Shown here piece after piece: positions 11,634 to 24,836 of a DNA stretch of 64,000 bases. Origin of the DNA: Octopus sinensis (Eukaryota); the NCBI RefSeq assembly GCF_006345805.1, contig NC_043007.1, forward strand, positions 15,872,001 through 15,936,000, written 5' to 3'. The notes under the pieces are model-generated. The model saw only the letters and a program-made list of their open reading frames with translations, did not search any database and had not been told where the DNA came from. Both the position numbers and the translations under genes were made by a program. How positions within the stretch are numbered: the first letter of the stretch is position 1; each line of letters begins with the position of its first letter.

Positions 11634-11939
11634 CACATTTATTTAGTCAGTCTCAATATTCCGCGGTCTAAATTATCCTTAATGCGTTTCCTTGGTTTAG
11701 ACTTTACAGTGAAGGTTTTAAGGTGATTTATCTTCTGTTTCTAGCATGTTGGGTTTCCGACCAGTAAAGTTACCCTTTTTTTACTACATCTATTTGCTTT
11801 TTGCATTCAGGAAAATCATTTGCCATTGTGTTCGTAGTTGCTTTTATTTATTTTCTTTTGTTGTTGTTGTTGTTATTGGTACTATAGTTGTTTTCTCGAT
11901 AAAACGTGACCAGGGTAAAGGAAGGGAACAGATATGCAT

Positions 11940-11952
11940 ACATGTGTGTGTG

Positions 11953-11999
<47 letters not shown>

Positions 12000-12060
12000 G
12001 TGTGTGTGTGTGTATGTGTGTGTGTGCGTGTTTGTGTATGTGTATGTGTGTGTGCGCGTG

Positions 12061-12116
<56 letters not shown>
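11940..12116. repeat. (GT)n microsatellite
   Basis: Read directly. Confidence 0.97.
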
Positions 12117-12118
<2 letters not shown>

Positions 12119-12239
12119 ATGTTGCTCACTTAGTTCGCAAACCGAATCGATAAGGGTGGAGTAGACAAACAAAACATTCAAGTAATGAAAACTTCTAACA
12201 AATTATTATCGCTGTTTGACGGAGGTGGTGGGGGGAAGA

Positions 12240-12554
12240 GGTCTTCTCCTCTTCCTCCTGCATCCTCCACTCTCCCTTTCTCTCCTCCTCTTCCGCTCTT
12301 CCTTCTCTCTCTCTTTCACTTTCACTTTCTCTCATCTATTCAAATTTCCTTTCTGTCACTCCCTTCTCTCTCTCTCTTCCTCCCTCTCTCGCTTCCTCCA
12401 TATCTCTCTCTCTCTTTCACTTTCTCCCTCCCTCATCCGTTCAAATTTCCTTTCTCTCTCTCCCTATCCTTCTCTCTCCCTCTTTCTCTATTTATCTATC
12501 TATCTATCTCTATCTATCTATCTATCTGTATGTCTGTCTGTCTGTCTGTCTATA

Positions 12555-12616
<62 letters not shown>

Positions 12617-12676
12617 CCTATCTACTTATCTATCTATCTATCTACCTATCTATCTATCTGTCTATCTGTCTATCTG

Positions 12677-12716
<40 letters not shown>

Positions 12717-12845
12717 ATCTATCTTATCTTATCTTATCTATCTATCTTATCTATCTTATCTTATCTTATCTATCTATCAATCTATCTATCTCTCTGTCTG
12801 CCTGTCTATCCATCTGTCTATCTATCTACCTCTATCTATCTATTC

Positions 12846-12925
<80 letters not shown>
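12240..12925. repeat. CT-rich low-complexity tract followed by (TCTA)n/(TCTG)n/(TA)n
   Basis: Read directly. Confidence 0.95.
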
Positions 12926-13429
12926 TTCCCTCGATTTATCTTTCCCTCGATTCATTCTCGTAATCATTCTTCATTTTTCTGCTTCCGTTCCACACTTGTT
13001 TCCAATTTACTTTATTTGATCATTAAACTCCCTCAAACACCCACACAAACACACAAACACACAACCACTTGTACTTCCTTCCATCCTTGCCATTCCTTTA
13101 TTCCTTTATTCTTTCCTTCCGTCCTCGTGTTTCTTTCTCTTTTTCCTCTTCTTAATTTCTTCCTTTAAACATTTCCCTCTCCCATTCTATTCCCATTCTC
13201 TTTCTCTCTCTCTCCCTCTTTCTTTTCGCATCTCCTTCATTACCCTCTTCTGTTCCGATGTGTTTTTATATTTTTTCTTTTTCTTTCCTTGTTTTGTTTT
13301 CTGCCTTCATTCTTCATTTTTCTATTGTTTTATTTATTTGTTTTTTTATTCGATCTTTTCGTTCTAGATCTCTTTTCTAGTTCTCCCTCCCTCTCTCACT
13401 CACTTCTCCCCTTTCTCTCTCTCTTCTTC

Positions 13430-13670
13430 TCTCTCTATGTGTATATATACATATGCATGTCTATATATGGATATGTGTATGACTATGTATGTATGTATGT
13501 ATGTATGTATGAATGAATGTATGTATGTATGTATGTATGTATGTGTGTGTGCATGTATGTATGTATGTATGTATGTATGTATGTATGTATGTATGTATGT
13601 ATGTATATGTATGTATGTATATACGTATGTATGTATGTGTGTGTATATATGTATGTATTTGCCTGCGCGC
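13430..13670. repeat. (TATG)n microsatellite
   Basis: Read directly. Confidence 0.95.
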
Positions 13671-13930
13671 ATGTGTGAATTAAGAAAGTTTACAAGTGGT
13701 TCGTTATCCTGCCTTTCACGTTGCCGATCGTCAGACGTGAAACTTCGAGTATAGATTTGTGAAGTTTATGATGCATCAATAAAATTCGATATCTCTTTTG
13801 TGCCGAGTAACTTTCTACACCATCTTGTTTCGCACATCGGAGCATGCAAATGTATGTATGTATATATGCATGCATGTGTGTGTTTGTGTGCATACCAGTG
13901 TGTGTGCATCTATGAATGTATGTATGTATG

Positions 13931-14425
13931 TTATTGAGTTTCATTTCAAAATTTCTTGCCAATAAAGAGCCGGTTTGTAACCCAGATCCAAAGCTCCTTC
14001 ATTAGAATTTCAACAACATCTACAGGGTATTTTTTAAGTATTTGTGTACATGTGCAGCATTTGGAGTCACTGAATGTGCAGATTTGTATGTTTTATTTTA
14101 TTATGCATTTTCATGCATATAGTTGCACGTCTAGACATGCACATATATGCATAAATGATAAACGTCTGGAAAGTTTTACAGATTTTTATAGTTCCAGTGA
14201 TGGCTTAGATTGTGGTCTTCGCATCAGTTTTCCTCTTTCTGGTTTTGAGAAGCCTAATTTCTCAAGATTAGTGTTTAGGCAGTGCGTTACATATTCCAGT
14301 ATCCCAATAATTACAGGTATAAACCTGAACTTATAATCTGGATAGAGAAACTGTAGTTTTCTCAATAGTTCAGAGTATGTATTTTCTTTTTCACTGATCT
14401 TTAGCGCTATGTTAATATCCGGTGG
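13931..14425 (-). mobile_element. Dong/R4-clade LINE 3' relic (restriction-like endonuclease C-terminus plus 3' UTR)
   Basis: Manual minus-strand translation gives KENTYSELLRKLQFLYPDYKFRFIPVIIGILEYVTHCLNTNLEKLGFSKPERGKLMRR, then a frameshift and ITGTIKICKTFQTFII. This resembles the RLE-type K..KY..L / PVIIGALG C-terminus. The element ends CAATAA directly into (CATA)n. Confidence 0.7.
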
Positions 14426-14506
14426 TCTTCTTCAGGTGTACGCTCAAGGTTGGAATAAACGCTCAACCGTTCATCTGATGATGCGTTGTGGTTTGAGCCG
14501 TGCGAC

Positions 14507-14602
14507 TATGTATGTATGTATGTATGCATGCATGCATGTATGTATGTATGTATGTATGCATGGATGCATGTATGTATGTATGTATGTATGTATGTATGTA
14601 TG

Positions 14603-14633
<31 letters not shown>

Positions 14634-14790
14634 GTGTGTATGTATGCATGTATGTATGCATGCATGCATGCATGTATGTATGTATGTATGTATGTATGTA
14701 TGTATGTATGTATGTATGTACGTATGCATGTATGTATGTATGTATGTGTGTATGTATGTATGTATGTATGTATGTTTGTTTGTATGCGTG
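14507..14790. repeat. (TATG)n microsatellite
   Basis: Read directly. Confidence 0.96.
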
Positions 14791-15088
14791 TACGCTCTCT
14801 TCTGTTCTTAATTATTTGAATTCTTCCACTGAAAAAGGAGCTGGTTTCTAACAAAGATACAGAGTTCCATCGTTGGAATGTAGATAACGCAAACAATGTC
14901 ACATTTTAAACTTGAGAAAGTCTTGCATATTTTTATTGTTCCCCTTACACATTGTATTTGCAGTGAGGGCGTTACAGATTGTATTTGTAATAAGCGCGTT
15001 AGTTGGTTAATTTCTTTTTATGCATATGTGTCTGTCTGTATGATCGTGTATTGTTTATTCCAACCTCAGCCTTTCTTTATATCTTTAT

Positions 15089-15473
15089 GTGGAGGCGCAA
15101 TGGCCCAGTGGTTAGGGCAGCGGACTCGTGGTCGTAGGATCGCGGTTTCGATTCCCAGACCGGGCGTTGTGAGTGTTTATTGAGCGAAAACAACTAAAGC
15201 TCCACGAGGCTCCGGCAGGGGATGGTGTTGATCGCTGCTGTACTCTTTCACCACAACTTTCTCTCACTTTTACTTCCTGTTTCTGTTGTAACTGTATTTC
15301 AAAGGGCCGGCCTTGTCACTCTCTGTGTCACGCTGAATATCCCCGAGAACTACGTTAAGGGTACGCGTGTCTGTGGAGTGCTCAGCCACTTACACGTTAA
15401 TTTCACGAGCGGGCTGTTCCGTTGATTCGGATCGACTGGAACCCTCGTCGTCGTAACCGACGGAGTGCTTCCA
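15089..15473 (+). mobile_element. SINE family A, full length
   Basis: Matches 4672-5054. ATATCTTTAT is duplicated on the flanks. Confidence 0.92.
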
Positions 15474-16084
15474 AAAAATATCTTTATTCATTCTTTTTCT
15501 ACTTTCAATCGGTTGTTTTATCTTTCCTCCTTGCATGCCTTCTTCTTTAGTTCTTTCACATGTTTTCGTAAAATTTTCCTCGTCTTTATATATTTATATA
15601 TTTATCCATATATTACTTTATTCGATTTCTTATACTTGTTTATGATTTAGGTTTTCTTCTTTTATCCAATCATCTCTTATTCCTTGCCTTCCATTTCTAT
15701 TTATCCATCTTCAGTTCCTCATATAACTTTGCCCTCTTCTTTACGTATCGCCTGGGTTTTTATCTAAAATGTATTTTTTTCTAATTCTGACCCTTTTCCC
15801 AACATTTTCGCTTGTTTTTTTACTCCTTTAATTTGCTTCTCATTTTTTTATTGCTCATCAAAAGAAATATTTTTTTCAAGTTTTTCCTGAATATTATTGT
15901 TTCTTCCTTTTTTTTATCTATGACTTTTTGAAAATTCTTTCCTTGATATTTGTGTCTGTGTATGTGTGTGCGCTTGAGTGTGATTTTGCGTGTTTATGTG
16001 AGAGCGTATGTCTGTGTGTATATATGTGTGTGTGTGTGTGTGTGTGTATGTGTGTGTGTGCATTCTTGCTTGCTTCTTTACACA

Positions 16085-16510
16085 ACATCTATCTTTTATC
16101 TGTTTCTTGTTTCAGTCATTGTACATGGCCACACTGGAGCACCGCATTCAGGGGCTTAGCCAAACAAATCGACTCCAGTACTTGTTTTAAGTCAACTAGT
16201 TAATCTATCAGTCTCCTAGAATCGAACCCTTTAGTTAAGGGGTCATACAAAAACCCAGCATCGGTTGTCAAACGGTGGTAAGGGACACACAATAACATAA
16301 AAAAGTATACACACACACACATTGTACATACATGTGTGTTGTGTGTGTGTGAGACAAGTTTCACACAGCTTCTGTCTACAAAATTCACTCACTATGCATT
16401 TATCGGTCCTGGGGGTAATCGTAGAAATATCTGCCTGAGATGCTGTGCATCGGGACTGAACCCCAAACCGCGTGATCTTAAAGCCGCCTTATTAACCGCA
16501 CAGCCATGCA
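16085..16510 (-). mobile_element. Degenerate CORE-like SINE
   Basis: Reverse-complement similarity to both the head and tail of 2203-2610. Confidence 0.6.
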
Positions 16511-16721
16511 TGCACCCAGACATACATACATACATACATACATACATACTACATACATACATACATACGTACGTCCGTACGAACGTACGTACGTACATAC
16601 ATACATACATACATACGTACATACGTACATACGTACATACATATGTACAAACGTACATACATACATACATACATACATACGTACATACATACACACACAC
16701 ATACTTACGTACATACATATT

Positions 16722-16830
16722 AGCTTTTTTACCAACCACATGGTTTCGAGTTCAGTCCCACTGCGTGGCACCTTCGACCCGACCAAAACCTTTAGTGAAT
16801 TTGGTAGGTGGAAACTGAAAGAAGTCCGTC

Positions 16831-16876
<46 letters not shown>

Positions 16877-17090
16877 TGTGTGTGTGTGTCTATGTTTGTC
16901 CCAACCAGCATCACTTGACAATCGATAGGGGTGTGTTTACGTCCCCGTAACTTATCGGTTCGACAAAAGTGACCGATAGAGTAAGTACTAGGCTTACAAA
17001 GAATAAGTCATGGGGTCCATTTGCTCGACAAAAAGGCAGTGCCCCAGCATGGCCTCAATCAAACGACTGAAACAAGTTAAAGAATAAAAG
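16722..17090 (+). mobile_element. CORE-like SINE
   Basis: CCAACCACATGG...GGAAACTGAAAGAAG...GACTGAAACAAG, as in 2203-2610. Confidence 0.8.
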
Positions 17091-17878
17091 CATACATTCA
17101 TACATACATACACACACACATGTATACATACATACATGCATACATTCATACATTCATACATACATACATACATACATACATACATACATACATACATACA
17201 TACATACATACGTACATATATACACACATCCATCCATACATACATACATATATACATACATACATACGTACGTACATACATACATACATACATACATACA
17301 TACATCCATCCATACATACATACATATATACAAACATACATATATACATACATACATATATACATATATACATACATACATACATACATACATACATACA
17401 TACATACATACATACATACATACGTACGTACGTACGTACATACATACATACATACATACATACTTACATATATACATATATACATACATACATACGTACG
17501 TCCGTGCGTACGTACGTACATACATACATGCATACATACATGCATACATACATACTTACATACATACATATATATACGTACGTACGTACATACATACATA
17601 CATACATACATACACACATACATACATACATACATACATACATACATACACACATACATACATACATACATGCATACATACATACATACATACATACACA
17701 CATGTATACATACATACATACATACATACATACATACACACACACATACACACATGTATACATACATACATACACACACACATGTATACATACGTACATA
17801 CATACACACATACATTCATACATACATACACACACACATGTATACATACATACATACATACATACATACATACATACA

Positions 17879-17910
<32 letters not shown>

Positions 17911-17940
17911 CACACAAACACACACATGTATATATATATA
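17091..17940. repeat. (TACA)n compound microsatellite
   Basis: Read directly. Confidence 0.97.
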
Positions 17941-18504
17941 TTTCCTTTTTGCCCCTTTTCCTCTCTTTCATTCCTACCTAACCCCTTCTCTTTCAATACC
18001 ATTTTTCTCTTTCAATCTCCTGTTCTTTCTTTCTTTCTTTCCTGTTTCCTTCTTTATCTTATTTCCTCCTTCCTTCCTTTCTTTTCCATCATCTCTTTCT
18101 CTCTCTTCCACCCCTTTCTTCTTTTTCTCTGTTCTTTGTTCTTTTTTCTTTCTATATTGTTTTTCCTCAATCACCCTTTTGTTTCATCTCTTCCCTCTTT
18201 ATTTCCTTTCATTCATTTCTCTTCTCGTTTTCCTGTTTATGACTTTACTGAAACATTTGCCTTTCATTTCTTTCATTCAATTTTTTTTTAATGTTTTTTT
18301 CTTGTTTTTTTTTAGTGTGATTATTCCAAAACTTTTCCTTAACAATATCACTTCAATATTCTGCCTGCCTGTCTGTCGGTCTATCCTTTCAATAATTCTC
18401 TTTTTATCTTTTATTCTTCCTTTTTATTTGGCCGCTTCAGCCTCTGCACACTTTATCCCTTCAAAGGGGAGCATTCGCTCACTCCACACGAACACATACA
18501 AGTA

Positions 18505-18608
18505 TACATAAATGCATAGAAACATTCATATATACATGCATATATGTATATATATCATATTATATCAGTATTATGTATTATATTATATTAGTATTATTAC
18601 TATATATA

Positions 18609-18656
<48 letters not shown>

Positions 18657-18761
18657 CACACACACACACATATATATATATATATGTTTATTACTGTGTG
18701 CGTATGTATATTATATATATATATACACACTTATATATATCATTATATCATATATTATATT

Positions 18762-18810
<49 letters not shown>

Positions 18811-18905
18811 ACGTTTAAGTTCATACATACATACAGATATACATACATGTATATACATGCATATATATATACATATGTGTGGGTGTGGGTGTGGGTGTGG
18901 GTGTG
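18505..18905. repeat. (TA)n/(CA)n low-complexity tract
   Basis: Read directly. Confidence 0.92.
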
Positions 18906-19929
18906 CGTGTTTGTGTTTATAGCATATATGTGTGCGTCTGTGTGTCTGTATCTATGCCTGTGTGCACCATGATCAGGGCAGCGGCGTCAGCAGCAACCCA
19001 CAAACAGTTGGCACCAAACTAATCAGTATGGGATGTAAACAGAATTGGTACATTATACACCAATCGGAATCATTAACATTTCATGCAGTATCATTCTTTT
19101 TTTTTTGCTTTTTCCTTCTCTTTTTCGTTTTCTCTCTACTCCCTTTGTTTTTGTTTTTGTTTTTTGTTTTGTTCTTTTTTGTTTTTTTGTTGTTTTTTTT
19201 TTGTTATTTCTTTGTGGCGAGAGGAAATAGAGATTGACGTGTTATGGAATGGTGGGGAAGAGGTTAAAAGATTCTTTATTCTTTTTGACTTAAGAGAGAG
19301 AAAAACAAATTTATCATCTGCAGAATTCCAATGGCATCATTGATTTTAAAATTGCGGTCTAATATTGGACATTATCCAAACCGTTAAGGTATGAAGTACG
19401 ATATAGTTGCTGCCTTGTTGTTATGGTTTTGCTAATAATTCCTCTCCATGGGAGTTCTGGGTGTGTATGTGCAAGAGGGGGTGCATCTGTGTGTATGTAT
19501 ATGTATGGGGTGGGTGTGTATTCTTTGCTTTTGTTTTTGTGGGGGTGTTTTGTTTTACTTTTCGTGTGTTATGATTTCATTTATCTTCTTAGAAACTTTT
19601 AATGTCTATTTTGTAGAATTGTTGGGTTTTTAATTATTTTACATCAGTCATAATCAACATCATCATCATTGTTTTTAACATCGTCATCACATCATCATTA
19701 TCATCAGCATCATGCTTATAATCTACATCAGCATTACAGTAATTTTATTATTGTTATTGAGGAAAAAAGAAGTCCATGCCATCGAAGTGACACTGGGGTA
19801 AAATATACGAACCCTAGTAGACCCATCATGACTACCAGTCTGATAAGGGTGCACGAGGCACATGTATCACACCATATGTACATAATCTCATATCAAGATA
19901 AATAACGAAGATAATATCAAGATAAATAA

Positions 19930-20470
19930 CTCTACCCCAACCCTCAGCCTAACCCACACCCCACCCGTGCTTTCTCCAATCTCGCCTCCCCCACCTCCCA
20001 ACAACATCATGCCATACCACACTACGCCACACCACACTACTCCATACCACACTACACATCACATCACAACACACCTCCCGCACACCAGCACTGACCAATT
20101 CCCATCCCCACATTTTCACACCTACACATACACACACGCACACACGTCAAGACCACCAGCCCTCTTTCACACACACATAGTACTCTCTTACACACACGCG
20201 CACCTTTGTTTGGGATCACCTTTACTTTGTTATCTCCCCTACTTCTTCGCTCTCTTGTGTGACCCTTCTGTCCGGCAGTCGCCATGATAGATCGGTAGCC
20301 ACTACACACATTTTTTTCTCTCCTTGTTTCTTTCTGTGTTCCTTTCTGTAGAAGAGCGTAGGCTCGAAACGTAAAAGACTTTTTCAATACCTGAGCATTA
20401 TACTAATATATCTGTTTGTTTTCTACACCTGTCTTCGTCTTTTGTGTTTTGTTCGTGAATTCTCCCTAAA
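19930..20470 (+). mobile_element. Probable Penelope-like terminal-repeat remnant carrying a variant minimal hammerhead
   Basis: C/A-rich then T-rich segment with a hammerhead-like core at 20342-20377. No RT or GIY-YIG ORF is visible, so the family call is inference. Confidence 0.4.
20342..20377 (+). ncRNA. Variant or degenerate minimal type-I hammerhead ribozyme
   Basis: CTTT-CTGTAGA-A-GAG CGTAGG CTC-GAAA-CG-TA-AAAG. Stem I is CTTT/AAAG and stem III is the palindrome ACGT. The core has A6 replaced by U. Confidence 0.45.
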
Positions 20471-20474
20471 TAAC

Positions 20475-20861
20475 GAATGACCTTGTAGGTGGGGCCCAAT
20501 TAGAATTTTTCCAGGTCGAGTAGCCCATCCTGCTCAAAAGGTTCTTAAGGATGTTGAACGAAACACCCATGTTTCCAGAGGTGAATTATTCAAACTCCAA
20601 AGAATTCCTCTTTATATATGGCTATGATGCTCCCCCGCTACTTATGCTTGGGATCAGAGATGCACATATCGTCAACTATTAAGGGACATGCTCAACCGGT
20701 TAAGGTCAAACAACTGACAAGCAAATCTGTGGTATTGAGCAGAATATTTGCTGTAGCCCATCTTTTATACCAAGACAAAACAATGTACATGATAACACTT
20801 CCAATCAGTTAAGATCAAAAGCCATGAAAGCCACTGCCTGGTACTGCAACAGGGCATCTAC

Positions 20862-20903
<42 letters not shown>

Positions 20904-20925
20904 CATTATTATTATTATTATTATT
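20475..20925 (+). mobile_element. Retroposon 3' fragment with (ATT)n tail
   Basis: Non-simple sequence ending CTGCCTGGTACTGCAACAGGGCATCTACT followed by (ATT)n at 20863-20925. Confidence 0.5.
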
Positions 20926-21552
20926 CAAATTGCACTGAGGTCGATTTTGCCTTTCGTGCTGGTGTGCGGGAGGTGTATCATTTACGCACTGGGGTCGATG
21001 TAATCGATTTAATCCCTTCCCCCAAATTTGAGGCCTTGTGCTCGCAGAAAGAATTATTATTATTATATTATTATTATTATTGCTGTTGTTGTTGTTGTGT
21101 TGTTGTTGTTATCATTATTATTATTATCATTCGCTGCGGAATAGGTAAGACGTTTTTCGAACATACTTCGTAAGTTATGCTTTAAACTGCGTTTTTCACC
21201 TCGTCTTTACAAATATATGTAATAAAGTTTTGTTATAAACTGACAATAAGAACACTAGGAACCTTTTGACAGAAAACGCTCCATCTTGTGTAAAAAAAAC
21301 CACAAAGACACAAGATTACGTCGCCACCATCACCATTACCATCGGCATCAGCAACTAACACGGGAGTATTGAAGGGAAAAGCTGCTCCTCCCACCAGCCC
21401 TCCCAAAGAAGAAGACTTTTCCCCTTTATATCACTCCCAGCAGAAACAACAACGTGAGAGCTTGCGAAGCATCTGAAATCAGTAGCAGCAACAGCAAAAA
21501 AGAGAAAGAGGGAAAAGAAGAGACAGAAGATTGTAGAAATAACAGCAACACC

Positions 21553-21955
21553 TATTTCTTTACTACCCACAAGGGGCTAAATATAGAGGGGACAAACAAG
21601 GACATACAAAGGGATTAAGTCGATTACATACTGGTACTTAATTTTTTCGATCCCTAAAGGATGAAAGGCAAAGTCGACCTCGGCGGAATTTGAGCTCAGA
21701 ACTCAGCGGCAGACGAAATACCTATTTCTTTACTACCCACAAGGAGCTAAACACAGAGGAGACAAACAAGGACAGACAGACGGATTAAGTTGATTATATC
21801 GACCCCAGTGCGTAACTGGTACTTATTTAATCGACCCCGAAAGGAAGAAAGGCAAAGTCGGCCTCGGCGGAATTTGAACTCAGAACGTAACTGCAGACGA
21901 AATACGGCTATTCATTTCGCCCGGTGTGCTAACGATTCTGCCAGCTCGCCACCTT
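21553..21955 (-). mobile_element. Nin-like SINE dimer with 15-bp TSD
   Basis: AATAACAGCAA(C/T)ACC at 21538-21552 and 21956-21970. Internal junction at 21722. Confidence 0.9.
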
Positions 21956-23012
21956 AATAACAGCAATACCCCGACGACATCTATTAAAATCTGCGAAACA
22001 GAAATTCCAAAAACAACAACAAACAATAATTCCACGAATTTTTTAAAAATTTCCGACGTAACCAGCTTTAAAACGTGCTGGTTCTCGATCCATTACTGAA
22101 GCAGTTGGATATTTCGAGGGACAACCCGCGTGATCTACGATGCGGAAGTTTCGTGTCGGCTTTGCTAAACTACTTGTACAAAAGGAATTACTTGATCCTG
22201 TATCAAGCAGGACAGACACTTTGATACCACCATTCACTCTAATTCGTACAATTGCAGTGTGTGTATCTGAATCAGTGCTAGCAGATATATTGGCATTTGA
22301 AACATTACTATCCTGACTTGGTGGGTTTTCATTTACATGAATGTACATAGTGTTTTTTTGTTTTTTTTACCACAACCTGCCAATTACAGACAGATTCTTT
22401 CCTGCATGATTCTGTATCGTGACTAGATACAAGGCAATTATCAAAGAATTTGCGTTCTATGACAAGGCATAACTTGTCTTTTGGTGTCATTCTCCGAAAC
22501 ATTTGGCAATGCCACAATCGATGATGTTCATTACACAACACACATGCTGGCTCTAGTCGCGCATAATACCAGTATGGTCTATATTGTCTCTGTGACAAGT
22601 AGCACTTGTAGTCAAGCGTGTAGTAGTGGCAGACTTTGACGCATGATCGTAATGTTTCTTTATCATCATTTTGCCATAGACGGGGTCATTCACATCTGAC
22701 GCAGCTTTAGCAGTAATCTCTACCAGAAAATTGAATTTAGGATAATCTCCTTTGGAACTTTTGTATTCAAGAGCACGTTTCTTCCATTTAATTTGTAAAT
22801 AAGGTTGTAAACGGCTAATGACGTTCAAAAACGTTAGATTGCGAATTCACTTCTTGAAGCATGTTTAGCTTCGTTAACATCAACTCGGAATTTTTCAGAT
22901 CGTCCGCTAGTTTCTGTAATTCTAGTGGCGTTTTCACTGGTTTATTTAGTTTCAGAATATTGAAGATTTCCTCGGTTACCGAGTGGAAACTGCCAAATCT
23001 ATTCTCGAGAAT

Positions 23013-23420
23013 AGCAAGGAGTGGCTGTGTGGTAAGTAGCTTCCTTACGAACCACATGGTTCCGGGTTCAGTCCCATTGCGTGACACTTTGGGCAAGTGT
23101 CTTCTACTATAGCATCGGGTCGACCTTGTGAGTGGATTTGGTAGACGGAAACTGAAAGAAGCCCGTCATATATATGTATATGTATATATATATGTATGAG
23201 TGTGTGTGTGAGTGTTTGTGTGTCTGTGCTTGTCCTCCTAGCATCGCTTGACAACCGATGCTGGTGTGTTTATGTCCCCGTAACTTAGCGGTTCGGCAAA
23301 AGAGTCCGATAGAATATGTACTAGGCTTACAAAGAATAAGTCCTGGGGGTCGATTTGCTCGACTAAAAGGCGGTGCTCCAGCATGGCCGCAGTCAAATGA
23401 CTGAAACAAGTAAAAGAGTA
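23013..23420 (+). mobile_element. CORE-like SINE inserted in BEL gag
   Basis: Full match to 2203-2610. It splits GYQQT from AILENRFG in gag. Confidence 0.88.
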
Positions 23421-23815
23421 AGTGTTTGTTGATATCCCGCCTCACCACCGATTAAGGGACAACCCCTGATGGCATCTCTCGCAGGACCTTGTATTTACTG
23501 AATTTAATGCGTCAGTTTTAAATCATTATCAGCACAAATCGAATCAGCGTTGAGTTGAACCGATTTAATAAATTGATGGTATATGAGCGGATCGGTCTTG
23601 AAGGTTTCCAATTCTACTTGTGGCATTTGTAAGTTTGCAAGCAACTCTTTGATTTCAACATGGGGTTTTTCAACCACAGTTTGTAAAATGTTGGTCTTTA
23701 TATCTTTGAATGCATTTTTTTACCGTGTATAACGTATTTACATAGTCAGTTTCATGTAAATGAAAATCCACTAAGTCATAATAGTAATGCGTCAAATAAT
23801 AATATATCTGCTAGC

Positions 23816-24202
23816 GTGGAGGCGCAATGGCCCAGTGGTTAGGGCAGCGGACTCGCGGTCAGAGGATCGCGGTTTCGATTCCCAGACCGGGCGTTGTGAG
23901 TGTTTATTGAGCGAAAACACCTAAAAAGTTCCACGAGGCTCCGGCAGGGGATGGTGTTGATCGCTGCTGTACTCTTTCACCACAACTTTCTCTCACTTTT
24001 ACTTCCTATTTCTGTTGTACCTGTATTTCAAAGGGCCGGCCTTGTCACTCTCTGTGTCACGCTGAATATCCCCGAGAACTACGTTAAGGGTACACGTGTC
24101 TGTGGAGTGCTCAGCCACTTACACGTTAATTTCACGAGCGGGCTGTTCCGTTGATTCGGATCAACCGGAACCCTCGTCGTCGTAACCGACGGAGTGCTTC
24201 CA
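23816..24202 (+). mobile_element. SINE family A inserted in the inverted protease copy
   Basis: TSD ATCTGCTAGC at 23806-23815 and 24207-24216. Confidence 0.93.
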
Positions 24203-24836
24203 TCCCATCTGCTAGCACTGATTCAGATACTCACATGCCAATTGTACGAATTAGAGTGAATGGTGGTATGAAAGTGTTTGTCCTGCTTGATACAGGATCA
24301 AGTAATTCCTTTTGTACAAGTAGTTTAGCAAAGCCGACACGTACCTTCCGCAGCTTAGATCGCACGGGCTGCCCCTCGAAATATCCAACTCCCTCAGAAC
24401 CAGCACGTAAAAGGGGGACAGATTGTGGGGACCAGCGAGCGATGCTAAATGATTCCGATAGATGGCTGTTTACTTTAGAAATAATTTTCACTTTCGTTAA
24501 CCTCATCATCATCTAGCGTTACTTGAAAGATGTTTTGAGCCTCAGTGAATCTTTTGAATAGGTGTTTTATTTCTTTTCCTTGCTCGTCAAGAGCATCTAA
24601 AGCGTCTTCAGCAACGTACTGTTTCACGTAATTTATTTCAAATGTCAGGGCTTTCTTACACAATGTCCTTTCTTTAATGAGATCTGCCATTATAGAGCTT
24701 ATGATATTCAGAGGAATCACTGGCACAATTTTACTTTTCAATTCCTTTTCAATGACTTGGGAGTTCTATGCAAAGTTTTTTCTCCTGTTGCTGCTTCGTG
24801 TAGAAATCTAGGCAAGCAGAGTCACAATCACCACCG

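Larger units (their letters stand above)
22043..24760 (-). pseudogene. BEL/Pao LTR-retrotransposon gag-protease relic, disrupted by two SINEs and an inverted segment
   Basis: Translated pieces in the expected order: gag N-terminus (MADLIKER...DEVNESENYF); DUF1759-like LQMPQVELETFKTDPLIYHQFIKS...GPARDAIRGC; LENRFG...ELQKLADDL; ASDVNDPVYG; zinc knuckles CVLCNEHHRLWHC; protease VLLDTGSSNSF. Stops and frameshifts are present. Confidence 0.88.

Noticed and set aside
12185-13168. 327-aa and 267-aa SIYL-rich ORFs
   Set aside because: CT-rich and (TCTA)n microsatellite translations.
13700-13750. CTGACGA...GAAA on the minus strand
   Set aside because: Stems I and III cannot be formed; it is only an 8-bp TTTCACGT/ACGTGAAA hairpin.
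14190-14318. Apparent plus-strand exon (SDGLDCGLRISFP..., donor CAG|GTATAA)
   Set aside because: It is the antisense of the Dong/R4 endonuclease C-terminus.
14470-14506. CTGATGA motif next to (TATG)n
   Set aside because: No GAAA or stem III follows.
21294-21470. Open frame ITSPPSPLPSASATNTGVLKGKAAPP...
   Set aside because: No start codon, no credible acceptor, low complexity and no recognisable homology.
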